The position numbers were made by a program, and so were the translations under genes. DNA of 64,000 nucleotides from Atractiella rhizophila. Lineage: Eukaryota. Location: contig MU271212.1 of the NCBI GenBank assembly GCA_021432655.1, forward strand, positions 1-64,000, written 5' to 3'. The number at the start of each line of letters is the position of its first letter. The first letter of the stretch is position 1. Positions 1-12,976 of this stretch are shown here, piece after piece. Under the pieces are notes generated by a model. It made no database searches. It was not told the origin of the DNA and was given only the letters and a program-made list of their open reading frames with translations.

Positions 1-1786
1 GTACGGGACATCGGAGAGCGCATTACCTTCACGTAGCATCTAATCTGTTTGACAAAATGCTTGCATTGCAACTTACAGTAATATCTTGGAGAAGACTTTA
101 AAAGAATTGCATTTGACCACACACCGTCTTTGTCTACCCTATCATTTCTGCATCTTTCCTCCTGTATCGCACTAGCTGTTTTCATTTCGTTCGTCTGCGT
201 TACGGTAGCGTACGGAGTGGGAGTGTTGAAGTTATTACGTTTTCGACTTTTACTTTCTTTCTGCCCTTTTGAGCTGGCTATCGCATCTGGTGTCAGTTCC
301 GCCCGCTCCCGTAGTTTAGTCTGTTTTTCAGCTATCTGAGGTTCATCTTTTCTTCGTTCTGTCACTCTGATGAACCTCAGGTAGGTGACTCCTCACCAAC
401 GTTCATGCAATGCTGATCTTTTCTTCGTTCTGTCACTCTGATGAACCTCAGTTTCAACAAAACCCAATTCAGCAGCTGCATTAGGCTTCCGAACAGGAGG
501 AGGAAATAGGCGTTGAGGATGAAGATCTTGATCGCGAGCGCACCAAAGGAAGAGATGGAAAAGGTTGGAGGGTCTGCATAGCAAGCGTCGAGCAGGAACT
601 GCTACGGAATCGGTATGTCTGCTTTTAACCGTTAAGTCAAGTGTTTTCTGCAACCTACGCTGCGAACACAAGCAGATTTACATGTTATACATCAAGGCTT
701 GATGCGTTCGAACTGCGCCAAATCAAAGCATGCTGCATGGAGTCAGTCCATCTGACCTGTTTCGGCCTAGCCGCTTCACTCGCCAAATCCCAGATCATTT
801 TGTAAGGCAACTGAAACCCTTGATTTGCGTCATGATATTGATATCACAAGGAACGGACCGTTGTGTCTTTCGAGTAGGATATCTTGACAGTTCTGCTGGA
901 TCTGACCAGAGATGGATCAGCCTGTGTCGAATTTTGTGAGATCATAAACGATTATGGATCATCGTTCGTTGATAAACGTTCAACGGTTGTAGTACTAAGA
1001 CAAAGGCTCTTCGAACTTCAAGATTCAAGCTTGTTCATGGTTTAGGCTTTCAAGTCTAAGCTTCCGATAAGATTGACGGTATCCTAAGTCACACTAGTCT
1101 ACTTTTACAATTCTTGCCGTTCTCGTTCCACCTTAAAATAATTGTAGCATAAACAGGACCTTTGTGCCTATTAGATTAATATGGGGTAGTTTGCAAGTCT
1201 GAAAGAAAGTAGCTTCCGATAACCTGTCTCTCGATCAGGCGGACACATTGGTTATAAGGAGAGATGGATACTCACATCCATAACCCTTGTTGCTTGGGTG
1301 TTATCTTTTGTTCCAGACTAATACGTTGCTCAGTCGTGTTATGACAGAAAGAAGATTTCATATCTCCACCCTTTGTAGACATGCCAGCCTCAACATAACC
1401 ATCTTTTTTCTGAGTGTTCGGGTCCCAGATGGCGGCGCTGTGCTTGGTCCTTTGGACGTCTGAAAGAAAGATATCTCTGTCAATCCCAAATCATTGTTCC
1501 AGAACAACAATCACGCCTTCGCCACGGACCCATTACAAGTATAAAGTTTTCTTTCTTTCTTGTCTTATTCAGTGTCGACCTTTGTTCCACCAATAGTTTA
1601 GAGCTCGATATTCCTTTCATTCGCATTGGGTGAATGATCGCCCCAGATTCCCTTGACGTTCAAAATGGTGGCTTTCCCTTTGTGAAGGGATAATCTTCTA
1701 GAGGCTTTAAAAGCCCTAGTCTTGCCTCTTCCCCAACGCAAACAGATTCTTCTCAACACAATTCGTCAGTAAAGAAACGCTAAGAT

Positions 1787-2206
1787 ATGAGCGGTCTTAC
1801 CCCTGTCTTTCATGGCTTCGGTTTTATTTTCAGGCTTCTAAGTAGTAAAGCGAAACAGCAATACGCCGGAGAAGTAGCCGTTCACGTCTGGGAATCTATT
1901 CAGAACAACGGCATGGCGATTAGAACCAAATTGAAGAAAGATCCCACTGGATACATCTTGGTGTAAGCTGTTTCTTTCTGATGAAAGTGGCCGCAAATTT
2001 CAGGCTGACATCCTTCTAGAACAGACCAGCACACTTCCGAATCCGATGGCCAACTGCATTACACCGTCGATGTTTACTCTGGCAAGGACATCAAAGGAAA
2101 TGACATTCCAGCTGGCTGTGTCCATGTTTATTTAGATGGGCAGGTTGCAGTGTACAACTCAATTAGATCCAAGCTCCGAAAAGTAGGTCCAATTCACAAA
2201 TGGTGA
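1787..2206 (+). CDS. Small two-exon hypothetical protein, ~120 aa (absent from the ORF track)
   Basis: ATG at 1787; exon 1 1787-1962; intron 1963-2019 (GTAAGC...CTGAC...TTCTAG); exon 2 2020-2206 ending TGA. Spliced frame is open: MSGLTPVFHG...GYILVTDQHTSESDGQLHYTVDVY...GCVHVYLDG...IHKW. Confidence 0.75.
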
Positions 2207-2797
2207 TCAATTCTGATTTGGTCTCAGGCTTTTTTGGCCAAGGGTGGTATTCTTCCTCTTGACGACGAGTAAACACGCTTTTCTTCATTGACATAGTCAG
2301 GGATCTGCAGCATGAGGAAGCGAGAGGAACAAATGAAGCCTGAATGGATAAGGGATTTCTCAATGTTTTCTAAGTGTCAAGCATCAATATTTTTCAATGT
2401 TGAATCAGTATTCAATGTTCAGGTAGCTTGGCATCTGAGTACAAATGGCGCACATAATGGTACTACTAGAGCAGATCACGAACAGTGGTTGCTGCTAATG
2501 TCCCGAGTCTGTACACCTTCTGTTTGAGGAGCCATGTTATGGTGATTTAACGTGCCCCTTCGCTTGAAACTAAGGCAAAGTACAAGTTTGATTTCTTTTG
2601 GTGTGACTCGGATCGATGTGATCGATTCCACATTCCTCTTTCAAGACCGCAGGTCATGGTGTTAATTGCAAGTTGTCAGCTGCTAATTATGATCAAATAA
2701 TCTAAGCGGGTAATTCTAAGCAAATATGGGAACTATATATGACCCTGAATACTGAGAGGAGGGAGATTGCTAGTAACAGACCTCTTTTACACAACCA

Positions 2798-4970
2798 TCA
2801 AATCCGTATGTAGGGAAACATATCTCTCGCTTTCAGAATTCTCTTTTCCTCACTCCTCAGGGTTCTGGGGAAAATAGCAAACACTGGATCGCGATCATCC
2901 GGCTCCCCATAATTTTCCCAAACCAGATCGCGGTCCAAACCTTTGTTTCCCTCTCCCTTGTATAAAATGCGAAACATGTGAAAGTAGCTGTCCGGGGAAA
3001 TCAGAACATCTGGATCCCATGTTTGCACTGTCGCTGCGAAATCAATCAGGACGACGTGATCTTGGCCATCTTGACTTGTGGTTACGAGTACCTGATCCAC
3101 GTGCCAATCGAGCTGCACCACATCTGCCGCGTCGAGAGCACGGGCACCGTGTCGACCGCTCTGGATCTATCAAGCGAAGAGTTTTAGCAGCAGCTAAGCC
3201 ACCATCGATTGACTCAAGACCTACAATACTAAGCTGTCTGTCCCGAGTGAGATTGTGTGTATACTCTGAGTTGAGCAAATGGCCGTCGATGTATTCCATG
3301 AGCAGCCCATACAGGACAGTTCCATTCGGCAATGTGAACTAATGCAACATTAAATCCTGTGACAACGGTCGCTGAGCAAGCAAACGGACTCGCCTGATGC
3401 ATCCCGAAGAACCAAGGTACGAGGGAGCCTTGCAGTGGCTTTAGTTTGTCGTAAGCAAAGGCTTCGTTCATGGCGACACATTCTGCCACCACTACTCTAT
3501 CAAACCATCGCACAACTGGATCTTCAAAGTATTCAGGGTCTTCAGCTTCGGTAGGCAATACTTGGAAGCGATCATCGAAAAGTTTTAAGCACAGGGGAGG
3601 AGAAGAAATGAGTTCCCCATCGATGGAAGCAATGCGGCATCGATAAACCGTACAGATTCCTCGTTCAGATCCCTTCGCGATGACATCTTCAACGATCAAA
3701 GTAAAGGATTTGCTTTCTTGAAAGGTGTTCTCAATCCCGGCATGGTCAAGTGGAGACGGTCTTTGAATAGCGTCAATATGAGCTCTGGTCTCGGGCGTGA
3801 TTTCAGTCTCCTCAAATGGATAAATCGGACGAGTCATAGGAAGAGTTTGTCCAATTTTATGTGTGAAACCGACAAGCAAATCGTTGGGGGCGGCGACGAC
3901 CTTTTCAGACTGCTGTGAAATATACTGCTGCCATCGGAAAAACTGACGGGCTCTTTGCTCGTCTCGAACCAACGTGCAACCATCAAAATCCGAGTGTCGC
4001 TTGTGCGTAGCAAAAACCTCCTCATCCGAGGACAAAGGCTGTGCAGGATCCAGGGAGGGGCCTTCAGGAAGGACAAGGGAGTCGTCGGGTTCTGGAAGGG
4101 GGTCCGGAATGTCAATAAAGCATGGTTGTGTGCGAAGCACAAAAGCCGTCGCAAGGACTCTTAAAGTGAGAGCAGGTTGATCCGTGATGACCCTTTCAAA
4201 GGTAGAATCGGTGCGACTAGCGGTCGGAGGGTAAAAAACTGCCATCTCGTTGAAGTTGGAGACAATAATCGAACGAAACGCTGCCTTCTCCAATGATTCG
4301 GCAAGAATATGCTGAGTTTGCGCAGAGACGCGACCTTGTGGATCAAACAAGGTGAAGGGCTGGTTGGTTCCCGTCAGCAACATCAATGAGCAAGGGTAGA
4401 CGCCTACTGAAAGCAGAACCTGAGGGGCGACTCGTGTCTCGTCGAACTCTTTGCACGCGAATGAAGCGCCAAAAACACCGGGCACTTTGTAGTCGAGCAT
4501 GGTGCAGCTCATGGGGGTATGAGACAACGATTTAACGAATTCACGAGAATGTAACTGATTGAAAAGACCAGGTATTGGTTGCAATAGTGCAACTAAATAT
4601 TTATCAGGAGGAAGCCTGCTCCAACAATGGCATGAGCATTTTGCAACAGGTCAATGAAGAACTGACAAACGCACACTGCAATTCCAGAATCATTTGCTTC
4701 CCATACTACTTTGCGCCGGTGAACAAAACGAAGACGTTCTTGTAGTGTGTTCAGGGCAGAACGTAGTGGGCTGAAATTTGTTTCCAGTTCTTTCCATTCC
4801 AATGTTTTGAGGTGTGATGTATGTGAAGTGTCCATTACCTCAGTCGAAACTACTGATTGGGTCTCCACCCAAGATTGAGGAAGAGGGAGTACATTTGTGA
4901 AAATCTGATCTGGATGTTTGAGTGGAAAGGTGCGGTTCATCGCATATGACAAGCAACGTTTGAGCGTCAT
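2798..4970 (-). CDS. Atypical protein-kinase-fold protein, copy 1 (~5 exons)
   Basis: Joined ORFs 4593-4970, 3229-4584, 3042-3332 and 2798-3121. Kinase-like motifs LCLKLFDD, NEAFAYDKLKPLQGSLVPWFFG, GLLMEYI, VQLDWHVDQVLV, VVLIDFA. Splice sites are conserved in copy 2, including one GC-AG intron (CAG|GCGAGT). Confidence 0.8.
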
Positions 4971-5323
4971 GGACCTGATGAGGCAGAGGTGGAAAGTTGG
5001 CTTCGGTAGAAGGGCTCTACTGTTTGGGAGATTCGAGTTTTGTGAGGAAGGCTAGCACTTAAGCAGGAAGGACAAAGAAAAAGGTGAACAAAGTAGAACC
5101 AATGAATCATAATCATTCAAAGGTTGTTTTCCGACCGCGACATCTTTCACAGTCCGCAGCACCAGTCTGAGGATACTTGCAATATTGCTTCATTAGCATC
5201 GGATATAAATAGGGCAGGATGTATAGAGGGATTTGGTTCAAGATCTGTAAAGATTTGGAACCATCTTCAGCCACATCCTATATGATGGTCGAGGTGGAAG
5301 CTTCTTGTTGTTGTTGTTGTTGC

Positions 5324-6380
5324 TGTTGTGATCATATTAGAGAGCATCAGACTATAGTCAACATAGCATTGTGAGGGACATTCAAATAGAAAGAAGAAGT
5401 GTAACTCTGGAGTGATGACACACGAGCGGAGTACCAAATGAGGAAGTTCCAAAAGGGAGTAAAAGTAAAGAAAGCCCCAATAAATCTGTTGTTTTTCTCT
5501 GCTGCTTTGTTAACCGTATTACGTCTAGCTGAGCTCTTGCAAACGCATGAGCAGCAGAAACACAAGAACAGGTGTTTATATACATGAGAGCTTGTGGCAA
5601 ATAGAAACTTCTAGAATGTTCATGAAGAAAGTATTACTAACATTTTATTACACATCTCCAACACTTCCGCCTACAATGTAAAGTAATCATTCCAGAAATG
5701 AAATAAGAAACAAGACTTTTCTATCCTTTCTCCAATCTCCACAACTTCTGCCAATTCTAAGCTTCATCTTCATTTCAATAAGCCAGTAGCTGTACCAGAA
5801 TACTCCTTGAATTGATCTCTTGCCTAACTCGCATAGATCAAGCCTCACACGCCTCTGTTCAATAGATCCTGCCCAACCATTCCGCTACTCTTTGATAGAA
5901 TCTGGATTCCCCAATCGTTCACGATGGTGGAAGATGATCAGCAATGCAAAACACTATGTAGGAGGAGACAAACCTGGATTCTCCAATCATTCACGATGGT
6001 GGAAGACGATGGGGAATCCAGTGAACGAAGAGGAGGTATATATGAGTGGATGGCGTTGGCTAAGTGTGGGAAGATCTGAGATGTGAGACATAACTAGAAC
6101 GAAGTGACGAGACCAACAACCACCGGCTGGGAAAGCCCTGTGAAAGATCATAATCCAACACTCTTCGACTCCAGTAAATCGTTTCATCGTCAAAACGAGT
6201 AATCTGACAAGCTTTCGTTCACAAAGTTTGCTTGTTCGTGGGAGGTTTGATTCGCATTGAATTTCTTTGGGCAGTCTCAAGCAACGTGATTTTCATTACC
6301 ACAAGTCCAGCAATGTCGACCTTTTCCTCCTTGGCTCGCTTGACTATGAGTGAAATTTAGCTTTCCAGTTCGAGCAAAAT
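5324..6380 (-). mobile_element. Truncated Copia-like remnant: gag zinc knuckle, PPT and 3' LTR (~5324-5663)
   Basis: Minus strand near 6270-6320 translates GRHCWTCGNENHVA*DCPKK (CCHC knuckle with a stop, probably CGA>TGA). Purine tract AGGCGGAAG precedes TGTTGG at 5663; the segment is bounded TGTTG...CAACA and has a TATA-like TATATAAA. No pol lies between gag and the LTR. Confidence 0.6.
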
Positions 6381-6895
6381 TGTTAGGGCTGACACTATGT
6401 GCGGTCGCTGACGGGCGATGTGTCTGTAGTGGAGATAAACCTAAGGGCATGATATGACATGAAGACTAACCTGTAGTGGAGATAAACCTAAGAGAATACT
6501 CTGAGGTCACCTCCACTACTCTCCGATCTATATATACAAGCGGAATGGCACTGCCACAGAGTGTAGAGGAGAGCAGATGAAACATGTCAGAGGACTAAAA
6601 GGGGGAAGTGACAGTGCGATTACGCGGAGTTAACAAGAGGAGAATAGACACAAATGAGCTAAGTGGTGAGGCAGGTGCAAATGGGCGAACGGGTGACCAG
6701 GCGCCGATTTGCACTGTGTGCAAATAGGTGACGGGAGACACAGAGTGGCGACAGGAGACGCAGAAGGGCGACGGTTCGCAGATTTGTATAGAATGAAAAC
6801 GGGCGAACAGGCGCCGATTTGCGGGGAACACAAATGGCAATAGGAGATGCAATCCGGCGAACGGGCACCGATTTGCGTAAGATGCAAACCTGTCA
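6381..6895 (-). mobile_element. Solo LTR of a gypsy subfamily related to the adjacent element, in inverted orientation
   Basis: 6381-~6540 is the reverse complement (with mismatches) of 15005-15164. Its minus-strand start TGACAGGTTTGCATCTTACGCA resembles CGTCAGGTTTGCCCCTACGCA at 14674. The flanks differ (AAAAT vs CGTAC), so there is no TSD. Confidence 0.75.
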
Positions 6896-8321
6896 CGTAC
6901 GTAGTGTTTGCCCTAACAGAAGAATACTCTCTCTCCTTTTCAAAAATCAAACTTAGAAAATGTTAGAGGTTTGAGGAGATATGGAAGTGTGCAAACCACC
7001 GACAAGTGAAGAACGTATCCATCATTTAGAAAGGATGTTTCAAACTCTACACCTCACAACTGAAAGCAGTTCAAAAAACTCGAACAAGAACTCCAACTAA
7101 CAAAACGCGCAAACCTCCCAGAATGCGAACGAAATTACGCAACTGAGGTCCAACGTCCAAACAGAAACGACCACATTTTACAATTGCTAGACTCCGGACT
7201 ACCCCCTCCTAGAGACAGTGGAACCACTTCCCCCTTTTTATCGCGAACAGACCCAGTACCTCATGCTTACTCTTCTCCCTCTATACCCCAAACTACCCAA
7301 GTTGCACCATATGCAGGTATCAAACTTCAATCTTCAAAGGAGTGCCCAACACAGCTCCGACATTTTTACACGAAATTTACGTCTACACGTCTACAGTTCC
7401 AGGCCAATTCCCGACCGAAAAATCAAAAATCCTATTTACCCTTTCTTACATGAAAGAAGAAGATGCGGAAAAATTCGCCGCTGGGATTCTGTGCCGACTT
7501 GTCGAAAACGAGGAACAAATTTCGTGGGAACAATTTTGTTGGAGTTCAAAGCGTGTTTCTGCAAGACAGACCACAAGCTCATTGCACAGACAAAAATATC
7601 TTCCCTCCAACAAAAGGGGAACCTAGGAACCTACATCATCAAGTTTGAAGAATTGGCAAATCAAGCTGACTTTGATGATGAAGCCCTTATTTTTTTTCTT
7701 CAAACGAGGACTCAATCCAGCCCCACATCTCAAAGTAACCCAAGGAGAGTTCCCAAAATCGCTGGAAGACTGGAAAAAAAAATCTCGGTGAATGATGCGG
7801 AAGAATCTGCTCATTCAACCTTCTTTCGAAACATCCCATCGGCGAAAGACGGACCCCAAAATATGTTTTCTGCCAAAAGAGACAGCTCAAAATCATCAAG
7901 GCACAGAGAGAGCAGAACACCCGTATCGTATCGACTGAGCGCCACTTTGTCAACGGTTGCCGATCCGTCACCAAACACCACTACACACACTCATAGAGCC
8001 AAAGACCCGATGACATGGAAGTCGATGCGACAAAATCTAGACCTCCCCGTTGCAGACGATGCTAAAAGATAGGACACTGGGAGAGAGTGTGTAGAACGAC
8101 TATGAACAAGGAGCAATATCCCCAAGCTCAAGGGGAATATTTTGATTCAAAAATGATGCACCAAGAATGACAATTTGGACAATTCGCCGACCAGTCGCCG
8201 AAAACAAGCGTTACCCAATCGAAAGATCTTGAGGAGGATTTTTAGGACGGCGGTGGGTGGAAGAAGTGTCCCCATTGCCGAGTTGCAATTCATTTACGTC
8301 ATCTAAATCACTTCCAACAAA

Positions 8322-11300
8322 ATGCTGCCCAGCACAGTATTCCCCCTATCTGAACAAGACTCCCCATTCCCGAAATTGCGTTTTCCCTCCTCGAGACAAA
8401 GATGCGCAGAAGTCACAAAGATGTACGACAAAGTCCACTTACGCTCGACAACAGCATCTCTTGTCAGTTTGAAGATGAAGCTCAGAACCGCATTCTACCA
8501 TCCACATTCCCATTGCCCACACGCCACATCGGTGCTCGTTGACAGCGGCGCAACTACTTCTTTTATTTCTCCAAAACTCGTTTCTACGTACAACCTACCT
8601 GTCACTCAACTTCCTTCCCCAGTACCTGTTTTATAACATCGATGGATCACTCAATCAAGGAGGATCCATCCATTCTGTCACTTACTTGCCCATTTCGATC
8701 GCCGCTCACCATGAGGTTTGGCAATTCGCTGTAGCGGAATTAGGGACTGTCGACATGATTTTAGGCCACGACTGGCTAAGACACCACAACCCAGAGATCA
8801 ACTGGGACTCAGGGAAAGTTGAGTTCTCTCGTTGCCCTACCAGTTGCAATGCAGATGACGTGTCTACCACTCGTGAACACTTCCCACCATCGTCTACATC
8901 GATATGAGCCGCTATGACAAAATCGCAGAAACTGGCGAAAGACGCAGCGGCGATAAGACCAAAAAATGTCGTCGAAATACCAACGCAAATCGCCGATTTT
9001 GCAGACATTTTCGACGACGAAAAATTCAAAACTTCTCTTCCTCCACGACGACCTTGGGACCACCCGATCAACCTCATACCGGAAACACGACCATATGCGG
9101 GTCCGGTCTACCCCTTGAAAAGAACGAACAAGCGGCGCTCGACCAATTCATTGACACTGAACTGAGCACCACTCGTATACGTCCTAGCACAGGTGAACAT
9201 GGAGCTCCCATTTTTTTCACGCACAAAAAAGACTCATCCGAACTTTGTCCACTTTTGACTATTGAAAGTTGAACAAGGCCACAGTCAAAGACAAGACCCC
9301 ACTCCCCATTCAAGCTGACCTCTTTTCCATGGTTTCCGGGAAGAAGTTTTTCAGTAAGATTGATCTGAGGAAGGGCTTCAACAACATTCGTAACAAAGAA
9401 GGAGACGAACACAAAGCAGCGTTTCGCACAAATCAGGGCCTTTTTGAACCATTGGTGATGTATTTCGGACTCTGCAACTCACCGGCGACTTTTCAAGCTT
9501 TCCTGAACTCTATTTTCTGCGCTATGATCGCCGCTGCGTTCATCTTTATATACATCGACGACATCCTAATTACGACAGAAACTGAAGAAGAACACTGGGA
9601 ACGTGTTCGACAAGTTGTCAAATTTTGCGCGAAAATGGACTTTATGTTAACTTACAGAAATGTGTTTGGTGTCAAAATGAAGTAGAGTATCTTGGATTGA
9701 TCATCACCAGCAGAGGGTTTGAGCCGGATCCAGTAAAAGTTGCAGGAGTGTTGGATTGGCCAGAACCGAAAAACATGAAGGAAGTTCAAATGTTCCTCGG
9801 TTTCGCTAATTTCTATCGCCGCTTTTGCAACAGATTCAGTCACATCGCACAACCTTTATATGAACTGACGAAAATGGAGGTTTCCTCGGTCTGGGGGGTA
9901 GATCAGCAACATTCGTTCGCCGCTTTGAAACAGCTCATGACTTTGGTGCCCGTTTTGGCACATCCCGAACAGATAGGAGGATTTTTGCTCGAAGTCAACA
10001 GGTCAAATTTCGCGACAGGCGCGGTTTTGTTGCAAATGAAGCCAGATGGGAAGTTTCATCCTCTCGGTTTCGTATCAAAATCGCTCGATGCTGCCAGAGG
10101 AACTACGACACCTACGACAAAGAAATGCTCGTGATTATGCGTGGACTGCAGGAATGGAGACACCTTCTACAAGGTACTGACGAGCCATTTCTGATCCTGA
10201 CCGATCACAAAAACCTTGAGTATTTCAGAATGCCACAGAAGTTGAATCGCCGACAGGCACGCTGGATCACCGAACTTGCATCCTTCAACTTCACTCTTTT
10301 ACACCGTCCTGGGCAGAACTCCGCAGAACCAGATGCGCTCAGTCGGTGACCGGATCACAAACCGGCGACTTGTGACAACTTCGACATAGTATTACTCCCA
10401 GAACGCTTTTTCAACACGGATTGTATCACCATCAACGCGACTGGGAGCGCGGTTGTGCTCCCAAGACAAATATCGGAGTTGAGTATACTGGAACGCGTGA
10501 AAAAGGTACCCGAACGGGAAGAACAAGTAGTCAAGGCCTTGAGAGAGATCCTAGAAGAACCGGTCGACGCAATTCGCCGACGGGAGTGGCAAGAAGTCGA
10601 TGGCGCTGTCTATTTTCGTGGAAAACTCTACATTCCCCGCGACGACGAAATTCGCTGCTCGATTTTGCAAGACCTGCATGATTCGCAAATCGCCGGTCAT
10701 CCAGGCGTAAAATTGACAACAGCTCTCGTAAAAAGGTACTACTGGTGGCCAGGATTGGCGCATTACGTTCGCCGCTATGTCGGCGCCTGTCACACTTGTC
10801 ACAGAACAAAAAACTTTCCATCCCCACCTGTGGGGTTTTTACAACCAAATGACATTCCCACGCGTCGATTGCAAATTGTCAGCATGGACCTAGTTGGACC
10901 ACTCCCAGAATCTGGGGGGTTTGACACGATTTTCGTCATAGTCGACAGACTCTCAAAACGCACCCATCTCATCCCCACCCATTCAACGATGGATGCAGAA
11001 GGCCTTGCAAGACTTTTTCGCGATCATGTATGGAAGTTGCATGGACTTTTTGATGTCGCAATTTTCGATCAAGGTAAAGAATTTGTGTCCAAATTCACAT
11101 CCGCGCTTTTTCGCCTGTTAGGTATCAAAGGTTCACCATCGACAGCCTATCACCCGCAAAGTGGTGGTCAGACTGAACGTATGAAGCAAGAGGTTGAACA
11201 ATATTTGCGCATTTTCTGCAATCACCTTCAGGATAATTGGGTGGAAGGACTTCCGAACGCAGAATTTGCGCTCAACAATTGTGTCAGTTCGGCGACGGGC

Positions 11301-12031
11301 GTAACTCCATTTTTGCTCGATTGCTGTCAATATCCCTGCATGGCTTTTGAACCCATCTCCGACGAGGACGTTCCCGCAGCGGCTCAATTCGTCGAAAAGA
11401 TGCAAATCGCCAACCGGGAAGCACAAGTGGCACTCGAACAAGCAGCAGATCTCATGGCAAAACATTATGACAGAAAACGCGCACCGGCGCCCGAATATCA
11501 CGTCGGCGATTTCGTCTGGTTAAGCGCGAAAAACGTCAAATTGACGAGACCTGTCAAAAAGTTGGACGACAAATGGCATGGCCCCTTTTGTGTTCTGCAA
11601 GTTTTAGGTCCCCTCAACCTCAAACTCGAATTGCCATCCTCATGGAAGATACATCCAGTGTTCCATGTGGCCTAATACGGAAAGTCAACGGAGACGACAT
11701 CCCTGGCAGAGTCCAGTTACCCAAACCACCTCCGGATTTGGTGAATGAGATTGAAGAATGGGAAGTGGAAAAAATTGTTGATGGAAAATGGTTCGGCACC
11801 CGAAATAGAGTTTTCAAATATCGCGTTCGATATAAAGGGTATTCACCATCAGAGGACGAATGGATGAGCATTGCAGATCTGGAGAATTCCCAAGATGCTA
11901 TAAAAGGCTATCACAATGCACACCTCCTTGCAGATAGTCCAGGCTCCATGCCAAACTCCACAAAAAATCGCCCAAATACGCGTTCTCGTAACCCTCGACG
12001 AAAACGTACTCAGAGGTCTTCCTCACTTTAA
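8322..12031 (+). pseudogene. Gypsy pol polyprotein (PR-RT-RH-IN-chromodomain), broken by several frameshifts and stops
   Basis: Consecutive ORFs 8322-8636, 8539-8907, 8914-9165, 9269-9685, 9625-10134, 10125-10349, 10455-11675 and 11573-12031 carry the domains in gypsy order. Confidence 0.92.
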
Positions 12032-12976
12032 GGGGTCCAACACCCCTATATGCCTTGCCGGGTGAAATCCTAGTCTTTGATACTTAGGTCAAGGCAAGGC
12101 GCCGACTTGCTCCTCAACGGTCAGGTCGGCGACTTGGTCGATGGTGAGTCATTCGTCGCCTGTCAAAGACGAACGAATACTCATTGCGTTCTCGCAACAT
12201 CACCAATGTCGCATCTACAAAAATTGTCCTCAATCGCGAGGTCCCCTCCCCCTCACTTTAAGAGGCCCTATTCCTCTATACGCCTCGCTGGGTGAATCCC
12301 TAGTCACACTGTTGAACATAGGTCTAAGCAACCGGTTTGTCAGTGAGTTACTCACCCCATTTTCACAAACGGTTGCTTACTGCACCAAAACAATATCGGT
12401 CAAACTTCAAAAGTCCCTCAATTGCGAGGTACACAACGACTTCCCCTCATCCTACACTCTGTTCTGGTTTTGATGATTACTGTTTCCTATTTTTGCTTTT
12501 ACCTTTTGCTTCCCCATCCTTGTTCGCTCAACAACGCATTCTTCCACAAAGAAGGCAGACCGGCGACGAGCACACAAATCGCCGACCCGTTATACTGAAC
12601 GTTGTGTCCACGAGCATGTGGCCCAGGCCTGTTTGGTTGTGAGCTCCAAAATAAGCTTGGGTAGCTAGTGGGAGGAACGCCTGAGGGTCCTCCCCTAGAC
12701 AGGGGAGGGTGAGTCCTGCATCACCCACTTTGCGATTGTTCTCCCCACTCACTACGCTCCATTTTGCCACTACGACAAATTTACATCTGTCGCCGCCCGG
12801 CAATTCACCGCTAATACGGAGACGCAAAACGCATACATTTCAGAGATCAAAATCACCACTCTGGATAGACTCCTCACTATCGCTACTGCTCAAAGAAGAA
12901 ACAGAATATGCATCATAATTGGAATTATCATAGGCCTCTTCGGCCAACAAAGGGTTTAAGTCGCCCAGTCGAAACT

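Noticed and set aside
1..950. Minus-strand gene running off the left edge
   Set aside because: Open stretches and splice-like sites exist, but no consistent spliced frame or motif could be built.
5904..6011. Imperfect ~35-bp direct repeat GGATT.CCAATC.TTCACGATGGTGGAAGA.GAT
   Set aside because: Only two copies, inside a retroelement remnant; an ordinary internal duplication.
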